Positions 39,126-48,927 are shown, counted from the first letter of the stretch. The stretch: 64,000 nucleotides of DNA from Gammaproteobacteria bacterium (GCA_965116495.1 OZ220696.1:2240001-2304000); one strand, 5' to 3'. A program made the numbers and translations. The notes: generated by a model from the letters alone, not told the origin.

Positions 39126-40165
39126 GTCCGGGGCTCCTCCGCCGTTTCCGCCACAGCAGGCTGGGGCAGGATTTTACCTCTCACTGCGTGCTCAATTTCC
39201 GCTGCAATCTCGGGATTCTCCTGCAGGTAATCGCGCACGTTGTCTTTTCCCTGGCCTATGCGCGAGCCGTTGTAGCCATACCAGGCGCCGGTTTTTTCAA
39301 TGATGCCGTGTTGTACGCCCATACTGATAATTTCACCTTCACGGGAGATGCCACGGCCATACAGGATATCGAATTTTGTTTCCTTAAACGGCGGCGCCAC
39401 CTTGTTCTTGACCACCTTGACGCGGGTTTCGTTGCCTACGACTTCATCGTTTTTCTTTATGGCGCCGATCCTGCGGATTTCCATACGCACGGATGAATAA
39501 AACTTCAGTGCGTTACCTCCGGTAGTCGTTTCCGGGTTGCCGAACATCACGCCGATCTTCATGCGGATCTGGTTGATAAAGATTACCAGCGTGTTGGAGC
39601 GTTTGATGTTTGCCGTGAGCTTCCTCAGGGCCTGGGACATCAACCGGGCCTGCAAGCCCATGTGGCTGTCACCCATTTCCCCTTCAATTTCCGCCTTGGG
39701 TGTCAATGCCGCGACGGAGTCGATAATGATCAGGTCTGTGGCGCCGGATCGAACCAGCATGTCGGTGATCTCCAGGGCCTGTTCACCCGTATCCGGCTGG
39801 GAGACCAGCAGCTCTGCAATTTCGACCCCAAGTTTCCCTGCGTAGCTCGGGTCCAGGGCGTGTTCCGCGTCCACAAACGCTGCCGTACCGCCGGCTTTCT
39901 GTATTTCCGCGGCCACGTGCAGGGCCAGGGTGGTCTTGCCGGATGATTCCGGGCCGTAAATTTCGACGACCCGCCCCCGGGGCAATCCGCCTATCCCCAG
40001 CGCCAGGTCCAGTCCCAGTGATCCCGTGGATACGGCGCTTATGTCATGGATAATGGACCCGTCCCCCATGCGCATGATTGAGCCCTTGCCGAATTGCTTT
40101 TCAATTTGCCCCAAGGCAATGTCCAGGGCCTGTTTTTTCTTCTCGTCCACTGAATCTCTCGTCAT
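39122..40165 (-). CDS. recA: Recombinase RecA
   Basis: [50 protein letters not shown]. Confidence 0.99.
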   Translation of the reverse strand: MTRDSVDEKKKQALDIALGQIEKQFGKGSIMRMGDGSIIHDISAVSTGSLGLDLALGIGGLPRGRVVEIYGPESSGKTTLALHVAAEIQKAGGTAAFVDAEHALDPSYAGKLGVEIAELLVSQPDTGEQALEITDMLVRSGATDLIIIDSVAALTPKAEIEGEMGDSHMGLQARLMSQALRKLTANIKRSNTLVIFINQIRMKIGVMFGNPETTTGGNALKFYSSVRMEIRRIGAIKKNDEVVGNETRVKVVKNKVAPPFKETKFDILYGRGISREGEIISMGVQHGIIEKTGAWYGYNGSRIGQGKDNVRDYLQENPEIAAEIEHAVRGKILPQPAVAETAEEPRT

Positions 40166-40235
40166 CAGTCAGTTAATCAACGTATACATTATCCCATAAA
40201 TCACATCTCGTCTGGTATTTCTTATATGCCCTGCA

Positions 40236-40529
40236 TCACTTCAGATTATTGATAACCAGGGACAGGTTGAAGATTACCAGTAATACCATGATCGCCCGGA
40301 AGACAATGCCAAGAGCGCCACTCTTCGGCGCATACGCCCACATCACGCCGCCAACGACAATGGAGCCGACCAGGAAGGCCAGCGCTGCCGGTCCGGTCAA
40401 AAAATCCACCACCGTCTGAAACGCGTTGGTGATAAAATCCAGCGGCCCTCCAGTCGTGCCGATATCAAATTCGGCGCGCAGGGTACCGGGGGAAACAAGC
40501 AATCCAAGCAAATAGATACAATCACGCAT
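40236..40529 (-). CDS. TrbC/VirB2-like T4SS pilin
   Basis: 97 aa; signal peptide, amphipathic VVDFLTGPAA motif, two hydrophobic helices; SD AGGAG. Confidence 0.7.
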   Translation of the reverse strand: MRDCIYLLGLLVSPGTLRAEFDIGTTGGPLDFITNAFQTVVDFLTGPAALAFLVGSIVVGGVMWAYAPKSGALGIVFRAIMVLLVIFNLSLVINNLK

Positions 40530-40550
40530 CTTACATCTCCTGATTTGGTA

Positions 40551-40859
40551 TTAGTCGGTAAACATGAACGGTCTGTCAGCGACCCGGTCTGCACACAGGC
40601 AGGTAATCCGTTTCAGCAACCTTTTTCTGATTACATACAACCATACTGCTATACCGTTCGGGTCATTCCGGCAAACGAGGTTAAGCACCAGCAGGCCGAA
40701 ACTGAAAATCACTGAAAACAGTACTAACGAGCGCAACTGCACTCCCAGTAAGGCAGACGCGGCAAAAAGGAATAAAACTGCATTGGCGGGATAGCCAAAG
40801 TACCGCTTATGCGCGGTTAAGGACGACCTGTTACTGTAAGCATCTTCCCTGGTATCCAT
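40551..40859 (-). CDS. VirB3/TrbD-like small membrane protein
   Basis: 102 aa; SSLTAHKRYFGYP, two TM helices, then RNDP, matching the VirB3 pattern; SD GAGG. Confidence 0.6.
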   Translation of the reverse strand: MDTREDAYSNRSSLTAHKRYFGYPANAVLFLFAASALLGVQLRSLVLFSVIFSFGLLVLNLVCRNDPNGIAVWLYVIRKRLLKRITCLCADRVADRPFMFTD

Positions 40860-40925
40860 AAACTTCCCTCAAACTCAGTATTGCTTAAATCTCCCTGTCT
40901 GTGTCGGTGTGATACTGCCGATGTA

Positions 40926-40954
40926 TTTATAAACAATTTCCGGCGGGGAGTCAA
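40926..40954 (-). promoter_or_regulatory. Sigma70 promoter upstream of the virB3-like gene
   Basis: TTGACT-17 nt-TATAAA; -10 overlapped by the palindrome TGTTTATAAATACA. Confidence 0.55.
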
Positions 40955-41004
40955 ATTATAATGCCGGTAACGAACCCGGTACCACGGGGAAACGGGTAAA
41001 ACAG

Positions 41005-42300
41005 CTACCCCAGGTTTTTCGCCTCCCTGGCGGCAGCCAGCAATGCGAGCCGGGCTATGACGCCGTAGGAATAAAACCGGTTCGGATGGGCATCCGGTGA
41101 CTGCTCCTTGTCAGGTGAAATACAACACTCATCAAAGGCCAGCCGTTCGAAATACATGCCCGGGGAATTGAGGTTCTCATTCGTGGCCCGTTGCGGATGC
41201 ACCCGGTAAAAACCTCCTACTACGTTCTGGTCTACCAGGTAAACGACCGGTTCCGCCACCATACCGGGACTACCCCAGGTTTCATGGGTGTATATGCCTT
41301 CCTGGGTGATCGCCTTGGTCACTTTTTGTCCTTCCTTGATGGTGGCCATTTTCGTCCTCTGTTTTCGGTTCAGTTCCGAGATATCCTCGGCGCTGTGGAC
41401 GGGCATCACGCCCATGCCGTAAGTGCCGGAATCCGCCTTGATCATTACGAACGGCTCATTGTTTACGCCGTACTCATCATATTTTTTCTGGATGGCATTA
41501 AGCAGTGAATCAACGTTCCTGGACAAACAGGATTCGCCTTCACGTTTCATGAAGTCCACTTCCCCGCAGTTGCGGAACATGGGATCGATCAGCCACGGAT
41601 CAATATCCAGCAACGCGGCAAATTCCTGGGCGATGTCCCGGTAAAACCCGAAATGCACGGACTTGAGCCGATCCGACCAACCCAGGCTGAGCGGCGGCAT
41701 GACCATTTGATCCGCTCCCTGCAGGAACTCCGGTATCCCGGACGATAAGTCATTGTTCAGTATCAACAGTTCCGGCCGGAAGTCGTTGACGACCAGGCTG
41801 GTACCCTCTCGCCGCAACGGTTCCAGGTGGATGGATGAACCGCTGTCCAAATCGATTTGTATTCCCTCGCCCAGGTCCTGCAGCAGCGAACCCAGCCGGG
41901 CCTCGAAGCCGGCCTTTTCAAGTATTCTCTGCAGGACGGCAAGGTTCTCGAGATAATGCCTGTTCCGGGTATGGTTCTCAGGAATGATTAAAATACGGTC
42001 CACTGGCCCATCCACTCGCTCCAGCGCCGATTGCATCGCCTGTATGCACAGGGGCTCGAAAGCCGGGTTAAGATTGTTAAACCCCGCGGGGAACAGGTTG
42101 GTATCGATGGGGGCTATCTTGTAACCCGCGTTTCTCAGGTCGACGGAAGCATACAGCGGCGCCGGTGTCTTACGCCACTGCGACCGGAACCAGGATTCAA
42201 TCCTCACCTGATAGTCCAAAATGGTGCTCTCTATGATGTTCAACGGACCGGTCAGGGCCGTTGTCAGGTGTGGTACCGCTTCTGCTGCAGTTGCAACCAT
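41005..42300 (-). CDS. gshA: Glutamate--cysteine ligase (divergent GshA type)
   Basis: VPHLTTALTGPL, YASVDLRNAGYKIAPIDTNLFPAGFNNL, PENHTRN, KADSGTYGMG, NRFYSYGVIARLA. Confidence 0.93.
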   Translation of the reverse strand: MVATAAEAVPHLTTALTGPLNIIESTILDYQVRIESWFRSQWRKTPAPLYASVDLRNAGYKIAPIDTNLFPAGFNNLNPAFEPLCIQAMQSALERVDGPVDRILIIPENHTRNRHYLENLAVLQRILEKAGFEARLGSLLQDLGEGIQIDLDSGSSIHLEPLRREGTSLVVNDFRPELLILNNDLSSGIPEFLQGADQMVMPPLSLGWSDRLKSVHFGFYRDIAQEFAALLDIDPWLIDPMFRNCGEVDFMKREGESCLSRNVDSLLNAIQKKYDEYGVNNEPFVMIKADSGTYGMGVMPVHSAEDISELNRKQRTKMATIKEGQKVTKAITQEGIYTHETWGSPGMVAEPVVYLVDQNVVGGFYRVHPQRATNENLNSPGMYFERLAFDECCISPDKEQSPDAHPNRFYSYGVIARLALLAAAREAKNLG

Positions 42301-42394
42301 ATTCTAATCTTCCGGGTAGAAAGATTCATTATATCTTAAAGTCTCGCTGGGGACATATTTGAAATCTGTCCCTGCTACCGGCAGAGTCCATACC

Positions 42395-42449
42395 AATTTG
42401 GGACACCCATAAATTTGCGCGTTTCGGTAATTTATGGGTGTCCCAAATT
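42395..42449. repeat. Perfect 21-bp inverted repeat between rsmE and gshA
   Basis: AATTTGGGACACCCATAAATT-N13-AATTTATGGGTGTCCCAAATT. Confidence 0.75.
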
Positions 42450-43184
42450 TCAGCGTAAATCGCCCCAGAGCACTTGCAGTGCGGTGATAGCAGCAACCGC
42501 GGCGGTTTCCGTGCGTAGCGTTCGGGGGCCGAGTTTAATCGGGATATATCCCAGTTTTTCGGCGCTGGTCTGCTCTGCTTCCGTCAGGCCGCCTTCCGGC
42601 CCTACCAGGATGCTGACTTCCCGGTCATCCATCACGTTAAATCCGGCCAGGGTTTGCCGTGCTGCCGGCACCAGTAACAAGCACGTTCTATTGCGATCAT
42701 TCGAGACCCACTCGTGCAGCGGCCGCGGGGCACATAACACGGGCAGGGTATTTCTGCCGGACTGCTCACAGGCATGGATCATGATTTTTTCCCAATGCTT
42801 AAGACGCGTCCCCGCACGTTTATCGTCTAGTTTGACGTTGCTGCGTTCAGTAAAGAGGGGAACAATAGCGGATATGCCTAATTCAACGGACTTTTGTATG
42901 GCATAATCCATATGCAGACTGCGTGAAATACCAAGCCCCAGCGTGATAAACAGGGCAGGTTCGGACATGTCCGGCTCAAAACCCAGGATTTCAACTTCAA
43001 CCTCACGAGTGGAACCGGATATAATCCTTCCCCTGTAACTTCCTCCGTGGCCGTTGAACAGGGTAATATCATCATTGCGCCGGCAACGCAGGACCCGCAG
43101 CAAGTGGTGTGACGCCTCTTGGGACAATATAACCCGTGCGGAAACCGCTAACGGGGTATCCGTAAATATTCGGATATTGCGCAT
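42450..43184 (-). CDS. rsmE: 16S rRNA m3U1498 methyltransferase
   Basis: HHLLRVLR, IQKSVELG, ACEQSGRN, VGPEGGL, LGPRTLRTETA. Confidence 0.97.
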   Translation of the reverse strand: MRNIRIFTDTPLAVSARVILSQEASHHLLRVLRCRRNDDITLFNGHGGSYRGRIISGSTREVEVEILGFEPDMSEPALFITLGLGISRSLHMDYAIQKSVELGISAIVPLFTERSNVKLDDKRAGTRLKHWEKIMIHACEQSGRNTLPVLCAPRPLHEWVSNDRNRTCLLLVPAARQTLAGFNVMDDREVSILVGPEGGLTEAEQTSAEKLGYIPIKLGPRTLRTETAAVAAITALQVLWGDLR

Positions 43185-43235
43185 AATCTGCCAGTGTTTA
43201 AAATAGAGCGATAGAACGGCCCGGATACAGGAAAG

Positions 43236-43553
43236 ATGACATTACAGCACGCCAAATTCAATATCGGTCAACTTATCAAACATAAATTATTCGATTACAG
43301 GGGGGTAATTGTCGACGTTGATCCGGTTTTCGAGGGCTCGGATGAATGGTATGACGAGGTCGCGCGCTCCCGCCCGCCCAAGGACAGACCCTGGTATAAA
43401 GTGCTGGTCCACGATTCCGACCAGGAAACCTATGTCGCCGAAAGAAACCTGGATAACGACTTCTCACATGAGCCGGTGGACCATCCGATGATAGAGTCTT
43501 ATTTCAAACGCTTCAACGACGGCCATTATCTCCATACCCAGGATAGAAATTAA
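43236..43553 (+). CDS. hspQ: Heat shock protein HspQ (YccV-like)
   Basis: AKFNIGQLIKHKLFDYRGVIVDVDP, PPKDRPWYKVLV, TYVAERNL. Confidence 0.92.
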   Translation: MTLQHAKFNIGQLIKHKLFDYRGVIVDVDPVFEGSDEWYDEVARSRPPKDRPWYKVLVHDSDQETYVAERNLDNDFSHEPVDHPMIESYFKRFNDGHYLHTQDRN

Positions 43554-43595
43554 CGCTACCCGGATCAACCCGGGGTATTCTGCATTACACCTTAA

Positions 43596-44060
43596 ATGCT
43601 TAAATCCATAAAAGAATTCTTTGAACGGGGCATTCAGGACAGCGCCGACCAGGGTATGCCGGGCACCGACAGCCGGGTTGAACTGGCCGCGGCCGTACTG
43701 ATGATAGAGATCAGCCTGGCAGATTCATCCATTGATAACGATGAACTGGCTGTTATCAAAAAAGCGTTGATTGCCCACTTCAATATCGGCACCGGACAGG
43801 TGGATGAATTGATAGACCTGGCCCGCCGGGAAGTCGACCTCGCCGTTTCCCTGCATGACTTTACCCGTATGCTCAATGACAACCTGGACACATCGGAAAA
43901 AATCCAGGTCATTGAATTGCTCTGGCAGGTTGCCTTCGCCGATGCCGTCCTGGACAAATATGAAGAATATTACATCAGGAAAATTGCCGATCTGCTCTAT
44001 ATCTCTCACAAGGATTACATCAGGACAAAACACAGGGTGGCCGACAGGTACGATTCCTGA
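43596..44060 (+). CDS. TerB-family (tellurite resistance-like) protein
   Basis: LAAAVLMIEISLAD...E, LWQVAFADAVLDKYEEYYIRKIADLL. Confidence 0.85.
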   Translation: MLKSIKEFFERGIQDSADQGMPGTDSRVELAAAVLMIEISLADSSIDNDELAVIKKALIAHFNIGTGQVDELIDLARREVDLAVSLHDFTRMLNDNLDTSEKIQVIELLWQVAFADAVLDKYEEYYIRKIADLLYISHKDYIRTKHRVADRYDS

Positions 44061-44078
44061 CCGGAAGGCAGGGATTTG

Positions 44079-44138
44079 TGGGGTCAGAGTAAAAACTCTT
44101 GAGATTCACCATTTCGACAAGTTATTACTCTGACCCCA
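44079..44138. repeat. GGGGTCAGAGTAA...TTACTCTGACCCC inverted repeat (REPIN-like)
   Basis: 14-bp perfect arms flanking a 32-bp spacer, intergenic. Confidence 0.7.
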
Positions 44139-44169
44139 TACATCCCTGACTGGAAGGGGACGGGTTATT

Positions 44170-44631
44170 ATGATAGAAAAAATCATTTCCGGCGGACAGA
44201 CGGGGGTGGATCGTGCTGCCCTGGACGTCGCCATCGAATTGCATATCCCCCATGGGGGCTGGTGCCCTGCCGGGAGAAGAGCCGAAGACGGCGGGTTGAA
44301 TTATCGCTACCGCCTGGCAGAACTGGACTCTGCGGAATACGCTGACAGGACCAGGAAAAACGTCGAGGACAGTGACGGCACCCTCATACTGAACAGGGAA
44401 AACCTGGAAGGGGGGACTGCTGTGACCCTGGCCTTCGCCAGGAGTTTCAACAAGCCGGTTATGCTCGTCGATCTCGGCAACCCGCCCGAAGCGGACGTTA
44501 TCCGCAACTGGCTCCTGATACATAAAATAAAACAATGCAACGTGGCCGGCCCGCGCGAAAGTAAACAGCCGGGTATTTACCGCCAGGCATGCCGTTTTCT
44601 CAACCTGCTGCTTGCGCCGGCCGGGGACTGA
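44170..44631 (+). CDS. Putative molybdenum carrier protein (SLOG superfamily)
   Basis: KIISGGQTGVDRAALD, GGWCPAGRRAEDG, RTRKNVEDSDGTL, NVAGPRES. Confidence 0.88.
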   Translation: MIEKIISGGQTGVDRAALDVAIELHIPHGGWCPAGRRAEDGGLNYRYRLAELDSAEYADRTRKNVEDSDGTLILNRENLEGGTAVTLAFARSFNKPVMLVDLGNPPEADVIRNWLLIHKIKQCNVAGPRESKQPGIYRQACRFLNLLLAPAGD

Positions 44632-44697
44632 CCCCTGCTTATAACCCTGCCTCGGGGGCCAGGGCAGGCATGCGGGGGCATGCTTAAGTCCGTCCCC
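44623..44697. repeat. Dispersed GGGGAC-type repeat (second copy 53118..53169)
   Basis: Both copies share GGGGACxGACCCCxGCTTAxAAC...CATGCGGGGGCATGCTT...TCCxTCCCC. Confidence 0.7.
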
Positions 44698-44719
44698 ATT
44701 GTCTGAGTATCACCAAATC

Positions 44720-45505
44720 TCAGTGTTCCGTATATTCGCCGTTCGCCGTGTCTGTTACCTGCCGACTGTTGCCCGGTAACCGGCCGCTGCCTCTCACACA
44801 GCGTAAAAAGGCCTGTTCAAGGTTGACTGCGTTGAAATGCCGGCAACAGGCGGCGGGCGATCCGACATAGTGGATTCTGCCCTGGTGCAATATGGCTATG
44901 CTGTCGCATAGTTTTTCCGCGTCCGCCAGCAGGTGGGTAGTGAAAAAACAGGTAAGACCCTGCCGTTTCAGCTCCGGCAGGTGGGATTGCAGATAGACCC
45001 GCACCCCCGGGTCAAGGCCGCTCATCGGTTCATCCATGATGAGCAGCCTTTTCCCGCTCACCAAACAGGCAGCCAGGCCCAGTTTCTGCGCCGTTCCTTT
45101 TGACAGGCGCACAGCGGGTTTATCCAGCTCTGCAATCTCCAGGTCCAGGATGTCCATCACATCCTTTATCCGGTTGAGCTTGAATTCATTGCCATGCAGC
45201 GCGCCCAGGTAACGCAGGAACTCCCAACCGGTGAGGTAACCCGGCGGCCGGAACTTTTCCGGCAGGTAAGCCAGGTGCGCCCTAGCTGTGACCAGGCTGT
45301 GTTTCCTGTTGAAGACGGCAATCTTTCCCGAGGTTGCCCTGTCGAGGTCCAACAGGCACCTCAACAAGGTGGTTTTGCCGGCGCCGTTAACCCCCACCAG
45401 ACCCATGCAGCCACCCTCCGGCACCACAAGATCCAGGTCTGATAACACGGCTCTCCCGCCACGCTGTTTTGTCAGTCCTTGTATCCGTATGGCCGGAACC
45501 GGCAT
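44720..45505 (-). CDS. ABC transporter ATP-binding protein (PilH-like)
   Basis: GVNGAGKTT, signature LSKG, IMDEPMSGLDP, TTH. Confidence 0.92.
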   Translation of the reverse strand: MPVPAIRIQGLTKQRGGRAVLSDLDLVVPEGGCMGLVGVNGAGKTTLLRCLLDLDRATSGKIAVFNRKHSLVTARAHLAYLPEKFRPPGYLTGWEFLRYLGALHGNEFKLNRIKDVMDILDLEIAELDKPAVRLSKGTAQKLGLAACLVSGKRLLIMDEPMSGLDPGVRVYLQSHLPELKRQGLTCFFTTHLLADAEKLCDSIAILHQGRIHYVGSPAACCRHFNAVNLEQAFLRCVRGSGRLPGNSRQVTDTANGEYTEH

Positions 45506-45551
45506 GGATTAATCCCCTCCTTGCTTCGGCTGATGAAAGACCCTGGTCCGG

Positions 45552-46352
45552 TCAATACAGGAACACCGCATTACAGCGGGTATTGTCGCTGTCCACGTTC
45601 CAGGAAGAACCTGTCGTATCCGCATTATTGATACAGGGCGCGCCGGTCGTAGACGACCACAGTATGACTTCGCTCCCTGCGGTACCGGCGCCGAAGTCAT
45701 CGCCCCCCACCACACTCTCGCCGGTTTTTGCCGTATTCACCGTGCCGCGTACCACACCGCTGCCCGGATCGCCGTCATCCAGTTTTACGTCCAGTTCGCG
45801 CAACAGGGTCGGGGTCACGCCGGCCCCGAACACGTAAGCCAGGCGCACGGTCGATCCGGCTATGGCGCCGCCGTCGTCGTAATCATCGGTAAACCCCAGC
45901 AGGACGGGCTGCTGAAAGGCATTGCCCGGCACCTGTCCCGTCAATACCCCGGACTCATACTGTGCAACCGTGGTTGTGTTCCCGTTGTAACTCCCATTGA
46001 GGAGACGGGAATGTGCCAAGTGCGCCCAGACTGCGCCGGCTTCCTCCCACCGGTCGATCCGCCCATTCTGGTTGCCGCCTATGGTAGGAGTTCCGCCACA
46101 GTTGTCATCCACTTCAGCCGTGATGGCCCTGCACGCCAGTACTGCGGGCATATCGCCCGGGACTTGCCGGAAGCGGTCGATAAAACCGTAATACGCTGCC
46201 TGGATGCCGGAATTCTGGTCAGCCATATTGCGCACCCTGGCGCTGCTGATCAATTGCTGGCCTTTGAGGATGCCGCCCAGCAGGAGTCCGATAAGGACCA
46301 GGACGACTGCGATTTCCACCAGGGTAAAACCTGATTGTTTACGTGATTTCAT
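45552..46352 (-). CDS. Prepilin-type (type IV pilin-like) protein, candidate major subunit
   Basis: KQSG/FTLVE class III signal, GGILKGQQLISSA motif; own SD GGAGG. Confidence 0.9.
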   Translation of the reverse strand: MKSRKQSGFTLVEIAVVLVLIGLLLGGILKGQQLISSARVRNMADQNSGIQAAYYGFIDRFRQVPGDMPAVLACRAITAEVDDNCGGTPTIGGNQNGRIDRWEEAGAVWAHLAHSRLLNGSYNGNTTTVAQYESGVLTGQVPGNAFQQPVLLGFTDDYDDGGAIAGSTVRLAYVFGAGVTPTLLRELDVKLDDGDPGSGVVRGTVNTAKTGESVVGGDDFGAGTAGSEVILWSSTTGAPCINNADTTGSSWNVDSDNTRCNAVFLY

Positions 46353-46380
46353 AAAGATATCCTCCATGAATTGTTACTGT

Positions 46381-47124
46381 TTAATTGTTATCTCTATTTA
46401 TCAGGTCAGGGCTGATTTCCTGTTCGAGTAGCGCCAGTTTGTTTTTCAAAAACCGCAACTCATTATCATTGCCTGCCAGTTTGCCGCTTGCCAGCAGGCC
46501 GCCGATGATGATTCGTGCGCTCTCGATCTCGCCCAGGTCTTCCAGTACGAATATCTCCATTTGTGTTACCCAGGGGGGAGCGGTGCCGCTGCTCACGTTC
46601 AGACGCAGGGCGTTGGCGTATTTCAAAGCCAGTTGCAAATCCTTGATTCGGTGTTTTGCCACGTAGACTGCATGGGCCAACCAAGGCCAGCGGCGCTCGG
46701 GATCCTCCAAAAAGCGCCGGTGCACGAACTCCAGCATTTGCCGCTTCCCGGCGTCATCCGGCGTTTCCGTGTAGACGCGGCTGGCGGATAGCAGCGGGTA
46801 TTGAAAACGGCCGTCAAGGTCGAGTAACGCGTCCAGCCAGTTTACGACCCTGGCATAGTCCAACCTTGCGAATGGAATACTGACGCCGGGTTGATTATCG
46901 AAAGCCTGCAGCCACAACATCAGGATTTTCGCCAGTGTGTCTGGTTCTCCCAGGCCGTACAGGTGCAGCAGCCGGGTATCGGGTGCGTTCGGCAGGGCTT
47001 CAGCCGTTGCCGCCGCCTGGGGTCGTGCATGGCTCCAGCACACCTGGATTACCAGGCTGGCTATGAATACCGCCAGGACCGGAAGCGGGACCGTTGACAG
47101 TGGTCTTGCTGCGCTATCGTTCAT
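46381..47124 (-). CDS. Membrane-anchored helical protein of the pilus ABC module (PilG/XapA-like)
   Basis: N-terminal TM, WLDALLDLDGRFQYP and TPR-like helices; directly after the ABC permease. Confidence 0.55.
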   Translation of the reverse strand: MNDSAARPLSTVPLPVLAVFIASLVIQVCWSHARPQAAATAEALPNAPDTRLLHLYGLGEPDTLAKILMLWLQAFDNQPGVSIPFARLDYARVVNWLDALLDLDGRFQYPLLSASRVYTETPDDAGKRQMLEFVHRRFLEDPERRWPWLAHAVYVAKHRIKDLQLALKYANALRLNVSSGTAPPWVTQMEIFVLEDLGEIESARIIIGGLLASGKLAGNDNELRFLKNKLALLEQEISPDLINRDNN

Positions 47125-47158
47125 AAGTCGCCCTTGTCTGTCCTGTCGCGTTACTCAA

Positions 47159-47914
47159 CTACAGGTTCTTCCGGTACAGGTCGAACAGGCTGGCGGATAG
47201 CAGGACGGGCAGGTAAACCAGGGTATGGATCAGTACTGTCCCTACGGCGTCGGCATCGACCCCATAGACCAGCCATTCGCTGCGAGTAAACGCGTGCAGG
47301 TCGGGCAGCAGTAGCGTCAGTGCATTCACCACGATATTCATGAAGTCCTGTGAAATAGTGTCGAGTGTGAAAACCGGGCCGGTGCTTAACAGGCGCAACG
47401 CCTCCGTGCTGCGCGACAACAGGTAAAATGCCATGGCTGATGTGAAAGCCAGGCTGATATTGGCAAATGTCAGCAGGCACAGCAGGCTGAAGGCAGCCAG
47501 CAACAGTTGTTCGCAGAACAGGGAGAGCATCCAGCAGCCGACCGCTACGGCGGGGGCATACAGGAACAACGGCAGAGCAGCAAGGATAGCAACGCATAAT
47601 GAGAAACCTGCAAATCCGGTTAATTTCCCGAACAGGTACGCGTGCCTGGGCAGGGGCAGGGACAGGATCAGCTCAAGGCCCTTGTCGTCCAGTTCCCTCA
47701 AGACACTGCTTATAACAAACAGGCAGGTAGCGCAAATCGAGAAAACCCGCAATAAAGAAGCCGTCACAGCGGCCTGCGCCTGCTTGGTCTCCGTGATGCT
47801 TAATTCACCCAGGAACTCCGCTAGGCCGAACGCTACGGCCATGGCTGCAATCACTGCAATAAGCAAACGGCAGCGTACAGCTTCAAGCAAGGTATAGCGG
47901 GCTATTGTGAACAT
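47159..47914 (-). CDS. ABC-2 type permease (PilI-like)
   Basis: IARYTLLEA, ELILSLPLPRHAYLFGK, six TM helices. Confidence 0.88.
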   Translation of the reverse strand: MFTIARYTLLEAVRCRLLIAVIAAMAVAFGLAEFLGELSITETKQAQAAVTASLLRVFSICATCLFVISSVLRELDDKGLELILSLPLPRHAYLFGKLTGFAGFSLCVAILAALPLFLYAPAVAVGCWMLSLFCEQLLLAAFSLLCLLTFANISLAFTSAMAFYLLSRSTEALRLLSTGPVFTLDTISQDFMNIVVNALTLLLPDLHAFTRSEWLVYGVDADAVGTVLIHTLVYLPVLLSASLFDLYRKNL

Positions 47915-47928
47915 ATTTCTGTTCCCTG

Positions 47929-48687
47929 CTACGGCAACCGGCCTGCCGTAACCATCCTGTTAAACAGGCGCGGTCGTGACATCCACACCAGCACGTCATC
48001 AAAAATGGCGCCGGCGCCGGACACATCGCCTCCCTGGTACAAGGGCTCGCCGTCAGGGCAGGATGTGCCGCTTCCCGCATCATAGCCGCTGACGTTTCCA
48101 CAGGGCGCGCCTTCAAAAAGAGTATTCTCCCCATCCGGGGTCAGGTTTGCACCGGTGGAAAAGATAATCGCTACCGGGGTTTCCGTCGGCGCAGTCAACA
48201 GCCTGCCCAGGTTGTCCACAACGCTCAGGTTATCGGCCGATGCCGTCTTCATGCTAATCAAGTCTGCGGAATTGCTGAAATTACGGTCGACGCGGTAACG
48301 CCAATAGCCATTGAACGAGTCTGTATCTGCGCTTCTCGGCACTCCCCACGGATCAACTTCGGGCACGCCCAGGGTTCGCCAGGGAATATACCCTTCCGCC
48401 GCCGAATCACTGTGACAGGCGTCGTTTTCAAGACCATACGTATCGTTGTCCGGGTCAGTGGCCGTTGCCGGACAGGGAAGATACCCGTTTATCATGGCGA
48501 ATCCCACCAGCGCCTCCCTGATCCGTTCCAGTTCGGTGCCCGCCTGCGCCCGCTGTTTTCTCTCCAGTAACGAACCGAGGGGATTAAGCATCCCTCCCAG
48601 CACCAGCGCGATGATCATCAACCCAATCGCAAGCTCGAGCAGGGAGAACCCCGTTTGTCTGGTACTCTTTCCAGGTGATATTGACAT
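47929..48687 (-). CDS. Prepilin-type minor pilin/pseudopilin, start codon supplied by MITE
   Basis: RQTG/FSLLE signal, GYLPCPA, DPWG motifs; original ATG at 48934 separated by the MITE. Confidence 0.85.
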   Translation of the reverse strand: MSISPGKSTRQTGFSLLELAIGLMIIALVLGGMLNPLGSLLERKQRAQAGTELERIREALVGFAMINGYLPCPATATDPDNDTYGLENDACHSDSAAEGYIPWRTLGVPEVDPWGVPRSADTDSFNGYWRYRVDRNFSNSADLISMKTASADNLSVVDNLGRLLTAPTETPVAIIFSTGANLTPDGENTLFEGAPCGNVSGYDAGSGTSCPDGEPLYQGGDVSGAGAIFDDVLVWMSRPRLFNRMVTAGRLP

Positions 48688-48927
48688 GTTCAGCGGGTCG
48701 GGAAGCGGTTGAGCGCCAGGCGCGCCGTGCAGGTAATGGCGCGCCCTTGCCAAGCGGCGCAACACCGCGGGCGACCGCTTCCCGACCCGCCCGCAGGGAG
48801 CCAAGCAGCGGCGCCAATACAGCGTTGCAGTCCTTGACAACGACTCGCCATTCTCTGCGGACTGCGCCTTGTCTTGGCGCCGCTGCTTGGCTCTGAACAT
48901 GTCAATATCACCTGGAAAGAGTACTAG
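48659..48927. mobile_element. MITE with 32-bp perfect terminal inverted repeats
   Basis: GTACTCTTTCCAGGTGATATTGACATGTTCAG at 48662-48693 and its reverse complement at 48893-48924; CTGG/CTAG boundaries; two long internal hairpins; no transposase. Confidence 0.88.

Noticed and set aside
11100-43316. Avoidance of GTCGAC as evidence for RM specificity
   Set aside because: Sites are readily found (e.g. 11100, 12409, 28081, 43311), so no depletion is evident by eye; uninformative without genome-wide counts.
48681-48905. MITE-borne promoter from the TTGACA in its terminal repeats
   Set aside because: Both TTGACA hexamers point inward and no plausible -10 lies 16-18 nt downstream.
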